Assembly (NCBI GenBank): GCA_030324005.1 | Contig: JARDVH010000042.1 | Span: forward strand, 79,117,092 to 79,181,091 | Direction: 5' to 3' | DNA length: 64,000 nt | DNA from: Negaprion brevirostris | Taxonomy: Eukaryota | Shown here: in pieces, positions 63,899 through 64,000 of the stretch | How positions within the stretch are numbered: position 1 is the first letter of the stretch | Layout of the letters: every line of letters begins with the position of its first letter | The notes under the pieces: model-generated | What the model saw: only the letters and a program-made list of their open reading frames with translations | What the model was told of the DNA's origin: nothing | The model's database searches: none | Position numbers and translations under genes: made by a program

Positions 63899-64000
63899 GG
63901 TGGCATGGTGCTACAATGGTTAGCACTGCTGCCTCACAGTGACCTAGGTTCAATTCTGGCCTCAGGTCACTGTCTTTGCAGTGTCTGTACGTTCTCCTTG
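63899..64000 (+). mobile_element. HE1-type SINE head (runs off the window)
   Basis: ggtggcatggtgctacaatggttagcactgctgcctcacag...ggttcaattc. Confidence 0.75.

Noticed and set aside
54000-64000. Expected ADAMTS19 terminal exons (from synteny)
   Set aside because: No TSP1/PLAC-like coding sequence recognised; the gene probably lies beyond the window.
1-64000. CRISPR arrays, operons or prokaryotic defence systems
   Set aside because: Spliced vertebrate genes and eukaryotic TEs throughout; no regularly spaced repeat-spacer structure seen.

Overview
Vertebrate genomic DNA from a gapped draft assembly, most likely a shark or other elasmobranch judging by its repeats (HE1-type tRNA SINEs, CR1, Penelope, a Deu-domain SINE). 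It holds two protein-coding genes, both on the minus strand. One is the CpG-island first coding exon of chondroitin sulfate synthase 3 (CHSY3, 14..1058, continuing off the left edge). The other is a complete three-exon MINAR2 gene (53712->44139, 198 aa); its last exon is absent from the ORF track. The rest is intergenic or intronic DNA dense in decayed TEs: HE1-type SINEs with two alternative tails, CR1/L2/RTE/Rex LINEs, Penelope-like elements, Gypsy LTR remnants and PIF/Harbinger-like MITEs. The main points of interest are four. (1) At least seven Penelope-associated minimal hammerhead-ribozyme motifs, one in sense orientation about 50 nt upstream of the last MINAR2 splice acceptor. (2) A CpG-rich orphan segment with two candidate micro-exons in MINAR2 intron 1. 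(3) An ancient two-LTR Gypsy element nested in a Deu-domain SINE in MINAR2 intron 2. (4) A CHSY3 exon that appears to lack the first intron I recall from human CHSY3. TE boundaries were read by eye and are approximate; family names come from recall, not database searches. I found no convincing wholly new biological system.
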